A stretch of 63,215 nucleotides of DNA, filler included, from Octopus bimaculoides (lineage: Eukaryota), in assembly GCF_001194135.2 (NCBI RefSeq). It is 6 parts of 6 records of this genome, joined end to end, with 100 filler letters (N's around TTAATTAATTAA, not from the genome) between each part and the next. Parts side by side here need not be neighbours in the genome. Positions count along the whole stretch, not along the records: positions 37,237 to 58,688 come from NC_068998.1; positions 58,789 to 61,226 come from NW_026366621.1; positions 61,327 to 63,215 come from NW_026356582.1; 3 more parts are not named here. One strand, 5' to 3'. The notes under the pieces are model-generated. The model was given only the letters and a program-made list of their open reading frames with translations. It did not search any database and was not told the origin of the DNA. Position 1 is the stretch's first letter. Each line of letters begins with the position of its first letter. The position numbers and the translations under genes are program-made. Below, piece after piece: positions 52,806 to 63,215 of the stretch.

Positions 52806-52963
52806 GTATGTACAATTTACATAATTTCAATGAAAATTCTATCAATAATGTATCTAGTAAGCCTAAAAAATTCGATACACTCACACAGATATACATATAC
52901 AATTATATATGCATATCTATATATATACATATATAAGTATGTATGTATGGATGAATATATTTA

Positions 52964-53004
<41 letters not shown>

Positions 53005-56000
53005 ATATGCATATACATATATACATACATATATACATACATATATACTTTGTGTAAATTTTATGAAAAATAAATTAAAGTGCTCTGTATTTATAAACCT
53101 TGACGTACAAGTTTATAGATTTCGTAATATTGCGGTTCACCAAACAACGCATCTCTTTCCGTCATAACTTTTTTCAGTTTTGCTAAGGGCGCCAGTTTAC
53201 TTCGTTCTTTTCCACTGATATAGAAAATATTTCATATCAGGACTGATATACAAAATATATTACATCACAAAAAATGAATATTTGATGTGTAGATATTTTT
53301 ATTTTATTATATTCCTTTTTTTAATTATCCATTTACAATCTATAAATAAATTTATATGTGCAATTTTAGCATAAATGAATGAAATCATAATTTCACTACA
53401 TATAATTTGTGCATATGGCGTTTAGAAGTGTAATGACTCTACTAATTCTGCAACGACGCTAAGACTTTATTCTGAATTATCAAAAGTTTGTCATAAATGT
53501 GTTTCAATAATCCAGTATAAAAGGCAGCGAACTGGTTGAATGATATCGTGCTGCACAAAATGTTCAGCATCTTTTTTTTCTTCCGGGTTTCTGATCTGAA
53601 ATACCGCTAGTCTCCATTTTACACTTCTTTTTATGATCGATAAAATGCCTGCATAAAATTCATGATAGATAGATACATCAGAAAACTCGTCTGTAAATTG
53701 ATATTGAGATGCCAATCGCTGAAAGTAAATATGGTCGTCAGTTTTCATATCACTAATCACATAAAATAAATTCCACTTAGGAGTATATATTTATGGGATG
53801 TCCTATGAGTTTACACCAATGAACTTCTAATATTAATTTATATTTTAGGTGTTGATCTGGCCAAGCTTTGCAGTAAAGAAGCAAACGCACCTTGCAAAGA
53901 GGCGAAAATGTCTTTTAATGACATGTTCTTATCGGACAACTTCTGCAAGTATATGTGATATGGATTTAATTGTAATATTGTTATCACAAATGTGTATATC
54001 TGTATACGTATACATGCATGCATACACATACATAGAGTCATACATACATATAAATCTTAATATATAAATCTGAAATTGTGTGTTTGTGTGAAACCTTTTT
54101 GAATGTTTATAGAAATCCACATTTTCCACTTTTTCGTAAAATTTTTTACATCAATGGAATTTTCTCGATGTGAACTTTCCAGTGCATTAATTAGATTTTT
54201 AAAATTCCGTTTACTTTGTGTGATTTAAGTGAGATTTGGCTGTTGTTTCTAGCAACTTTTATATTTCATCCCTGCTACCTGGAACGCCATTCTTACACAC
54301 GCGCTCAACATAGAAATATAGAGAGTAAAAGTAAAAGAGGGAGAAGAAGAGAGACAGAAAGTGATACATACAACGTCATGGATTAAACTTTCATCTCAGT
54401 ATTCTTTACCTATTTTTCATAACATAGATACGTAAAGACACACACAACCACACATACATGACCTGTGACAACAATATACACATTGCTCTCAATCTCTATT
54501 CATTTCTCCCCCTCTTCCTCTCTCGCTCTCTCAAACGTATACACGTGCAAGTAAACAATCATTCACATCGTGGTATATTTACGAAACATTGATGGCATAA
54601 CTACAGAGTTGTATCCCCCAAATTTGGAAGGTCATAACTTTCATAAAAATGAATATTTTTTAATGAAATTTTCTATGCATATATTATTTATTATGTAGAT
54701 TCCAAATATACAAAGATTTTCGGTGAAAGTGTTTTAGAAGGAGGTGGGGTACAATATTCGGAAATTCAACTTAAATTCCTCTTAACTTCCAGGAAAATGA
54801 ATATTTTGTCATGAAATTTTGTACAAATNNNNNNNNNNNNNNNNNNNNNNNNNNNNNNNNNNNNNNNNNNNNNNNNNNNNNNNNNNNNNNNNNNNNNNNN
54901 NNNNNNNNNNNNNNNNNNNNNNNNNNNNNNNNNNNNNNNNNNNNNNNNNNNNNNNNNNNNNNNNNNNNNNNNNNNNNNNNNNNNNNNNNNNNNNNNNNNN
55001 NNNNNNNNNNNNNNNNNNNNNNNNNNNNNNNNNNNNNNNNNNNNNNNNNNNNNNNNNNNNNNNNNNNNNNNNNNNNNNNNNNNNNNNNNNNNNNNNNNNN
55101 NNNNNNNNNNNNNNNNNNNNNNNNNNNNNNNNNNNNNNNNNNNNNNNNNNNNNNNNNNNNNNNNNNNNNNNNNNNNNNNNNNNNNNNNNNNNNNNNNNNN
55201 NNNNNNNNNNNNNNNNNNNNNNNNNNNNNNNNNNNNNNNNNNNNNNNNNNNNNNNNNNNNNNNNNNNNNNNNNNNNNNNNNNNNNNNNNNNNNNNNNNNN
55301 NNNNNNNNNNNNNNNNNNNNNNNNNNNNNNNNNNNNNNNNNNNNNNNNNNNNNNNNNNNNNNNNNNNNNNNNNNNNNNNNNNNNNNNNNNNNNNNNNNNN
55401 NNNNNNNNNNNNNNNNNNNNNNNNNNNNNNNNNNNNNNNNNNNNNNNNNNNNNNNNNNNNNNNNNNNNNNNNNNNNNNNNNNNNNNNNNNNNNNNNNNNN
55501 NNNNNNNNNNNNNNNNNNNNNAGCAACAGATCGCCAGCAATTGCTTCATCAGAAATTGCCGTCCTAGCTCCTGCTAAAAGGGATTACCCTGCTATGTATA
55601 ATCAGGGCAGCGCAAAAAGTTGTTTTGCACAAGCATTTCTATAGCCAATTACACGGATGAAATTTACGTATGCTTAATAATTTTACGCAAAACAGCCTTC
55701 AGACTTACCCTATTAATTTCATCGTCTTTTGAATTATGAACATATTTACATCATAAGGGTTTTTTCGTTGTAAGGCTTTCTTTTTTAGTTGATTTTCAGC
55801 TAGCAAGACTTATCGTAGATGGCATAATAAGTCACACCCGGACAAGGTCTGGTTATACTGCTAATACTTATATAAAGATACATGACACACGTCTCTGTTT
55901 ATCTACCTATCTATCAAACTCTCGTTCACTCTTTATATATATACATATATATACACACATACATGCACACTCATACACACACATACATGAACACTCATAC

Positions 56001-57901
56001 ACACACATACATATACAGTGTGCGTAAGTTATTTCCAGACAGACTTATGTTTATAAAAAAAATATATATTATAAAATGAAATAATATTATTTATGAAAGA
56101 TTGCTATGAGTATAAAGATAAACATTCTTTTCTATAATGTTATTCAATAAAGCTTCAACAACTGCTTCTATATGCTATCTAACTCATGTAAATGCTCAAA
56201 TCAAGTGGTCCTGGTTCAGTTTGGACATTACTCTGACATTACTATGGTATTATGGGCATGTTCATTGACTTCTCTCTGAGAAACACTCCACATTTGATAG
56301 TGCATTTCTTTGAGAAACAAATAGTTACTACGTGAGTCTATCCCAATTTCATGGAGCAGGCATCTATCCCCATTTCATGGAGCTGTTAATATGCATATAC
56401 TCTACTTAAATTTAACTATTACTAATTAGTGCATTATTAATCGATTAATTCCAAGTCCAACGGGCTCTGCAAATGTCTTCCAATTTATATTCACAGAACA
56501 TGACTGATGTTTACTGTGTCCTTAACATGATATGCATCCGCGCTTTCACATTTATTTTCAGCCCCAGCATGTTATACGTAGCGTGACTTAATGTTTTTGT
56601 GTACGCTTTGGTTATAACGAGAATATCACTTCCAAGTCATTTACGAAAGAATGATCTTTCCTATTTTCGTACACATGGAAAGTTAAATATAGCATACTCG
56701 ACTTTATAATTATTCTTGATCAAAACATGAAATTCAGGAGAGATTTGACTTTTAAACATAATCAGAGAAAACATCGGACAACAAATACATCAAATAATGT
56801 TTACGTATTAAATACTGCTTTCTTTTTATTTTACTTGTCCAGTTTGTACCCGAGGTATAGACCATGCTTGAAGAGGACAAGGGAGACATGCGCTGGGTAT
56901 TTTGTGTACTTCTACCATCACAGGTGTCCGGTAATATATATTCATTATTTCATTAAAAATCGAACACTTACCATGAGCTAAAGAAATTTCAAAATTTAAA
57001 AACGCAATAAATTCCAAAATTAATAAGAACGACGGGAACGTATTTGCCAACGTAATATATATACTCGTTTATTTGTGCGATTGTGATCAAGATTACTAAA
57101 AACGTATGGCCAAGGGGAAAATGCATTGTATAAATAAAATGGTTGTATCCATTGGATATTTTCCTTTGTCATCTTCAGGGTCTATGACATGAACATATGT
57201 CATAACATGTTCTTTATTTTCTGAATGCAGGACACTATTGAGAAGCCATGGAATTAGAGAAGGGTCAAAGATTAACTAAATGTCTGCTTTAACAATAATC
57301 CTGGTCAGAAAATATGAATATATGTTTATCTTAATATATTAATATAAATTTCGAAGACGTGTTATGCATTAAAATTTCACACTATATAATATCCAATTTC
57401 TAAAATTTCAGGTTCATGTTACAACTAGTCATAGCGAAAGCGATTACCACCGAAATGAGGTACGTAATCGTAGCGTAAACTATTCGTTTAATATAATCAA
57501 GATATCCTAATAAAACCGCTGAAAATAATATTCAATATCTCTACCCTAGTATAGAATTAATACTGAAGGAGAATGCAAAATCTATTTTTAATTGCGTACG
57601 ATATACTGCAGAGCTACCGTAGTGTTGATTGTGTGTCATTGTTGCTTTACGGCCATTATTGACGATATTTCTTACCATGTATTATCGGAAATATCTTCTC
57701 TTTTGTTCAAATACATTCATGCTACATCAACAAATATAGTGGAGATCTAATAATTCAAAAATTGTAATATATATCTGCATTATATTCGGCATTCAATATG
57801 ATGTACGATTGCTGCATTAAGTCATACATTTTACTGCAATTAAAATGGTAACATGTTTTTCACGTAGAACAAAAATTTATGACCGTTAAGATGAACAAGT
57901 G

Positions 57902-57954
<53 letters not shown>

Positions 57955-58585
57955 GATTATTATTATTATTGTTTTTGTTGTTGTTGTTATTATTATTATC
58001 ATCATAATTATTATTCATTCGCAACACAGTGTAGGTAAACATGCACCGGAGTCTTCCGTCAAGTGTCAAGTCCCAAGATGGACATCAGACACATAACACT
58101 TTCCTTAAGATGTGTGCTGTGCCCAATACGGCTGCATTTTGCAAGACATCAATCTTGCATGGGTTTTCCAGTTGCCTTAAGAAGTCTTGAAATTTCAATG
58201 AGATTTAGCTCAGCGCTCCGATCACCGCTTCTATCACTTTTACCCTGTCGCTTTTACCCTTTCAAGTTGGAGAATTTGGTGATTCTTTTCAACCACAATA
58301 TTAATGGGATGTTATCACTGATACTTATAAGATTTAACATTCGATAATACTACTAATACAAATGCCATATCACCATACTTTTGGCACGTATTAACGCAAA
58401 TGTCTGTGATGAATTACACGATTTAGGAATGTTATCGTATATGGTATAATATATTATGTGAAATTTAAGGAAACTCCTAACACTATGAAAAGTTAAATAA
58501 GATAACATTATTTTATATTTTGCAGGTGACATTGATAAATCAGCTGATTATTGCAAGTCTAATTACATTATGTAAGCATATATAG
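52769..58585 (+). CDS. Gene B: tandem paralogue of gene A, small secreted six-cysteine protein with a hydrophobic tail, ~110 aa
   Basis: Exons 52769-52805, 53849-53948, 56843-56930, 57412-57459 and 58526-58585; GT-AG introns, phases 1,2,0,0. Translation: [110 protein letters not shown]. Confidence 0.82.
53849..53948 (+). CDS. Gene B exon 2 ([32 protein letters not shown])
   Basis: Acceptor TATTTTAG|, donor AA|GTATAT, 100 nt. Confidence 0.85.
54600..54828. mobile_element. Probable non-autonomous DNA transposon end in gene B intron 2
   Basis: TACAGAGTTGTATCCCCC start with internally repeated AAAATGAATATTTT...ATGAAATTTT motif; runs into a gap. Confidence 0.4.
56843..56930 (+). CDS. Gene B exon 3 ([29 protein letters not shown])
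   Basis: Acceptor TTTTACTTGTCCAG|, donor CCG|GTAATA, 88 nt. Confidence 0.85.
57412..57459 (+). CDS. Gene B exon 4 ([16 protein letters not shown])
   Basis: Acceptor ATTTCAG|, donor GAG|GTACGT, 48 nt, phase 0-0; ends in NE like gene A exon 4. Confidence 0.72.
57897..58345 (-). mobile_element. 3' end of a Dong/R4-like element with (TAA)n tail, in gene B intron 4
   Basis: Minus strand reads VIGAL...[17 protein letters not shown], a typical R4/Dong C-terminus, followed by a short UTR and (AAT)n. Confidence 0.7.
58526..58585 (+). CDS. Gene B exon 5 ([19 protein letters not shown])
   Basis: Acceptor TTTTATATTTTGCAG|; homologous to 50065-50124. An internal T|GTAAGC donor at 58572 could continue the gene elsewhere. 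Confidence 0.7.
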   Translation: MTLINQLIIASLITLCKHI

Positions 58586-58655
58586 ATAATGTATGTATGT
58601 AGTGTATGTATATATGTATGCGTGTATATGTACGCACACAATTATATATGGATGG

Positions 58656-58688
<33 letters not shown>

Positions 58689-58799
58689 NNNNNNNNNNNN
58701 NNNNNNNNNNNNNNNNNNNNNNNNNNNNNNNNTTAATTAATTAANNNNNNNNNNNNNNNNNNNNNNNNNNNNNNNNNNNNNNNNNNNNTACCTAACCTG

Positions 58800-58965
58800 T
58801 CAATGCTTCCTGCTCAGAAGTATTTGAATCTGTCTCTTGTCCGTAAGTAGTCTAGCTGAGGCTCCCCTCCATCATACCTCTTGCACACAACACACATCTG
58901 CTCAAGTATTTTATCAATCTCACCAGACATACCTTTCATTACGCCAATGTTGATTCAGGTAGCTC
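58800..58965 (-). mobile_element. Possible RTE LINE endonuclease N-terminal remnant
   Basis: Minus strand reads NIGVMKGMSGEIDKIL, resembling the NVGTM.G.S.E start of RTE endonucleases. Confidence 0.45.
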
Positions 58966-61900
58966 TCAGCTTGTAAACCTAAGAAATATGAAAGGGAAGT
59001 TGTGGAGATGTTTTCAGTATCAGGAAAGGTCTTAGTGGTCACTTGCCAGANNNNNNNNNNNNNNNNNNNNNNNNNNNNNNAAGTACTTGTATAGGTTGCA
59101 GCATGAATTACAATGATAATCACAATTTCTTTCAGCCCTGTAAAACCTTCGTGGGTATGCAACAGCTATGGACTTGGGGAGAGCAGATAAATTAAAAGTT
59201 TTCAATATTATTATTATCATTTTTATTATTAAGGCAATAATTAGTCTTTGGTAATGTAGAAGTACCTGTGCACATCACAATAGTTCTAAAATTATCACCA
59301 GCATCACATTGTAGGCATATTTACATAAACATACATATGTATACATAACATGGACACACACGTATACATACNNNNNNNNNNNNNNNNNNNNNNNNNNNNN
59401 NNNNNNNNNNNNNNNNNNNNNNNNNNNNNNNNNNNNNNNNNNNNNNNNNNNNNNNNNNNNNNNNNNNNNNNNNNNNNNNNNNNNNNNNNNNNNNNNNNNN
59501 NNNNNTTGTTGAATGACCTGCACAAATGATTTGTTTATAGTGACCAAATGTTTGTGCTACACATTAATTTACTCTCTCCACCAAATCGATGTTGTCTGAA
59601 CATGTGCACTGTGTACCATATGCCAGGCATCGAAGTGATCACAGAGTAATGTGAGATGAAGTGTTTTGCTCAAGAATACAATGCACCACCTGGTCTAGGA
59701 ATTGAANNNNNNNNNNNNNNNNNNNNNNNNNNNNNNNNNNNNNNNNNNNNNNNNNNNNNNNNNNNNNNNNNNNNNNNNNNNNNNNNNNNNNNNNNNNNNN
59801 NNNNNNNNNNNNNNNNNNNNNNNNNNNNNNNNNNNNNNNNNNNNNNNNNNNNNNNNNNNNNNNNNNNNNNNNNNNNNNNNNNNNNNNNNNNNNNNNNNNN
59901 NNNNNNNNNNNNNNNNNNNNNNNNNNNNNNNNNNNNNNNNNNNNNNNNNNNNNNNNNNNNNNNNNNNNNNNNNNNNNNNNNNNNNNNNNNNNNNNNNNNN
60001 NNNNNNNNNNNNNNNNNNNNNNNNNNNNNNNNNNNNNNNNNNNNNNNNNNNNNNNNNNNNNNNNNNNNNNNNNNNNNNNNNNNNNNNNNNNNNNNNNNNN
60101 NNNNNNNNNNNNNNNNNNNNNNNNNNNNNNNNNNNNNNNNNNNNNNNNNNNNNNNNNNNNNNNNNNNNNNNNNNNNNNNNNNNNNNNNNNNNNNNNNNNN
60201 NNNNNNNNNNNNNNNNNNNNNNNNNNNNNNNNNNNNNNNNNNNNNNNNNNNNNNNNNNNNNNNNNNNNNNNNNNNNNNNNNNNNNNNNNNNNNNNNNNNN
60301 NNNNNNNNNNNNNNNNNNNNNNNNNNNNNNNNNNNNNNNNNNNNNNNNNNNNNNNNNNNNNNNNNCAATTAATCATCAAGGGACGTTTCCAACATAAACA
60401 GATAAAAACAGTTGTCAGAAAATATATTAAGGAATATGTCACATGCCATACCCACTAGTCTCCAGAGACCTTGCTCCAGAAAAACACGAGGCTGTTCTTA
60501 CAGTGTGAGACCTGTGGTCCCTGCTGTTCTGTCACAAGCATCAAGTCAGGCTTCCAGGCTGTCACTAGCAAGCGAGCTGCTATCTGAGCCAACAATGCTT
60601 AGATTTCATCTCATATTCTTGCCCAAATTTGAAAGCCTGTTATTGCATATGCATATGTGCTTGTGTAGATGATACGCACACCTTTACATATATATGTAGT
60701 GTGTATAGGTGTGTTTATATATACATACACACACGCACATACATATGCATAGATACATATATATGCACACATACATANNNNNNNNNNACACACGCACATA
60801 CATATGCATAGATACATATATATGCACACATACATACATTGCCAATACACAGACATGTACAGGCATGCATACATACATATACATATGTGTAATTCTTTGA
60901 AGGTGGAGAAAAAATATTTAATAAAAAATTNNNNNNNNNNAAATTACTTTGTGCTCTTGCTTTTGTTTTATATTTCAAATATTTTTGATTTGAATTATTT
61001 CTGATATTTTTTAAATATTGAGAGAACCTAATAGTCTGAAGATATGGTAGATATTTCTGGTCTGTTGATCGTAACGTTGGTGTTCCACCTATGGTTTGGT
61101 AGTCATCTATGCTTTTGCATTCTGTGTCTATTTATTGTAGTTGTCTACATATGTATTTGCTGTTATCGGGGATTTAGATATAGCTTGTAATTATTTGATT
61201 CCAAAGATATAATCTTCCAGTCGTTANNNNNNNNNNNNNNNNNNNNNNNNNNNNNNNNNNNNNNNNNNNNTTAATTAATTAANNNNNNNNNNNNNNNNNN
61301 NNNNNNNNNNNNNNNNNNNNNNNNNNTGTGTACATATACACACACATGAATTTGTTTATATATACATGTACACACACACACACATGTATATATGTATGAA
61401 TATATATATGTATGTATGTATGTATGCGTATATGTGTGTACCTTTGCGTATTTCTACGTATCTGTCAAAATATGAATCTTGCCTATGTGCGCGTTCACGT
61501 GCATATCTCTCTACATGCATGTGTCTATGTCTGTGCATATAGGTGTGTGTATTTGTGCATGCGTGCGCGCGCACGTGTGTATATATTTCTGGAATATGGA
61601 GGGGCAGCAGACTTTTATTGTTGTATTGGGACACGCTTGCAACTGTTTTTGGAGCTTTATTAGTGAAACTATGTCGTTCGTTAGTAGATCTGGTTGCTAA
61701 TAGATACACCCCTTCTTCGTAGAAGGCAACTATTTAAACATCTAGTACTTATGTGTGTACTTATGCATATGTGAGCAACAAAGACTACGATGCCGACAGG
61801 AAACTCTTGTTCCTGGAGATGCTGTATCACTACTGCACTCGACGTCGGAGTTTAGACACTTGGTTCGGCCTTAGATCTCATTGTATCTACGTATTTTCTG

Positions 61901-61967
61901 TATGACCCTTTTCCCTTCACATCTTACCGATCATACATACATACATACATACATATATATATATATC

Positions 61968-62019
<52 letters not shown>

Positions 62020-62029
62020 TATATATATA

Positions 62030-62086
<57 letters not shown>

Positions 62087-63183
62087 ATGTATACATGTGT
62101 TTATTGTAGATATCATTAAAACATGACTCTTTTTAAATATTTCTATGTAAGACCTTTTCGGTTAATTTGGAACAATAAAGTTCTTAGGTGTGTCGAAGTT
62201 TCTAGACAGTATCAGTTTAATCCTCTAAGTGGTTATTACAGGAGATTGTTAATGCCAACTTAAATTGCACAGAAATCGTGGGTTGACTTTATACTTATTG
62301 CCNNNNNNNNNNNNNNNNNNNNNNNNNNNNNNNNNNNNNNNNNNNNNNNNNNNNNNNNNNNNNNNNNNNNNNNNNNNNNNNNNNNNNNNNNNNNNNNNNN
62401 NNNNNNNNNNNNNNNNNNNNNNNNNNNNNNNNNNNNNNNNNNNNNNNNNNNNNNNNNNNNNNNNNNNNNNNNNNNNNNNNNNNNNNNNNNNNNNNNNNNN
62501 NNNNNNNNNNNNNNNNNNNNNNNNNNNNNNNNNNNNNNNNNNNNNNNNNNNNNNNNNNNNNNNNNNNNNNNNNNNNNNNNNNNNNNNNNNNNNNNNNNNN
62601 NNNNNNNNNNNNNNNNNNNNNNNNNNNNNNNNNNNNNNNNNNNNNNNNNNNNNNNNNNNNNNNNNNNNNNNNNNNNNNNNNNNNNNNNNNNNNNNNNNNN
62701 NNNNNNNNNNNNNNNNNNNNNNNNNNNNNNNNNNNNNNNNNNNNNNNNNNNNNNNNNNNNNNNNNNNNNNNNNNNNNNNNNNNNNNNNNNNNNNNNNNNN
62801 NNNNNNNNNNNNNNNNNNNNNNNATATGTGTGTGTGTGTGTGTGTCGTCGAATGTATTGAACCCAATTCTTGCAAATGGGACTGTGAATGTCTAGAAACG
62901 TCGGTTATCGATTTCGGAAATCTGTTGCTCCGAACGAACTGTAAAAAGCTAATGAGAAAATGTGTAAAACTTAAAATAAAAGAGTAAAACTTGAACATAG
63001 TCGTGTATTTCGTAAAATATACATAAACATATATGAATGCAGACCTATACAGACACAGATAAATGTATACACACAGGTACACATTCACACACATACATAT
63101 AGAAATAGGCAAATAGACAGATAGATAGCGAGATAGACAGACAAACAGACATATAGACAGGCAGACAGACAGACAGTCAGACT

Positions 63184-63215
<32 letters not shown>

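Larger units (their letters stand above)
43050..58585 (+). repeat. Old tandem segmental duplication (units ~43050-50130 and ~51950-58590)
   Basis: Homology extends through upstream DNA and introns, e.g. ATGGAAGTCGCAAT vs ATGGAAGTTGCAAT, and GGACACTATTTGGAAATCATGG vs GGACACTATTGAGAAGCCATGG. Confidence 0.8.

Noticed and set aside
53491-53760. 89-aa minus-strand ORF in gene B intron 1
   Set aside because: No recognisable motif; its 3' flank aligns with non-coding gene A intron 1.
571-63112. Long ORFs of 200-350 aa in the ORF track
   Set aside because: They consist of X (gaps) and microsatellite translations (YIYI, CVCV, HTHT, poly-N, poly-I).

Overview
AT-rich, microsatellite-dense eukaryotic scaffold with many N gaps. 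The repeat repertoire (tRNA-headed SINEs, RTE, CR1, Dong/R4, Penelope-type hammerhead modules) suggests an octopus/cephalopod genome; this is inference from repeat families as I recall them. Bases 1-43000 are mostly transposon debris. The main host feature, absent from the ORF track because it is spliced, is a tandem pair of paralogous 5-exon genes on the + strand (ATG at 43927 and 52769, 8842 bp apart). Each encodes a ~106-110 aa protein: signal peptide, six-cysteine domain with identical spacing (C-x7-C-x16-C-x8-C-x7-C-x11-C), polar stalk and hydrophobic C-terminal tail (putative GPI anchor). The paralogues are only ~51% identical in the Cys domain and show opposite charge in exon 3, and gene A has a triplicated stalk exon. 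The window also holds minimal type I hammerhead ribozyme motifs, some linked to a tRNA-like head through an (AAT)n tract, and Dong/R4 retrotransposon fragments abutting (TAA)n arrays.
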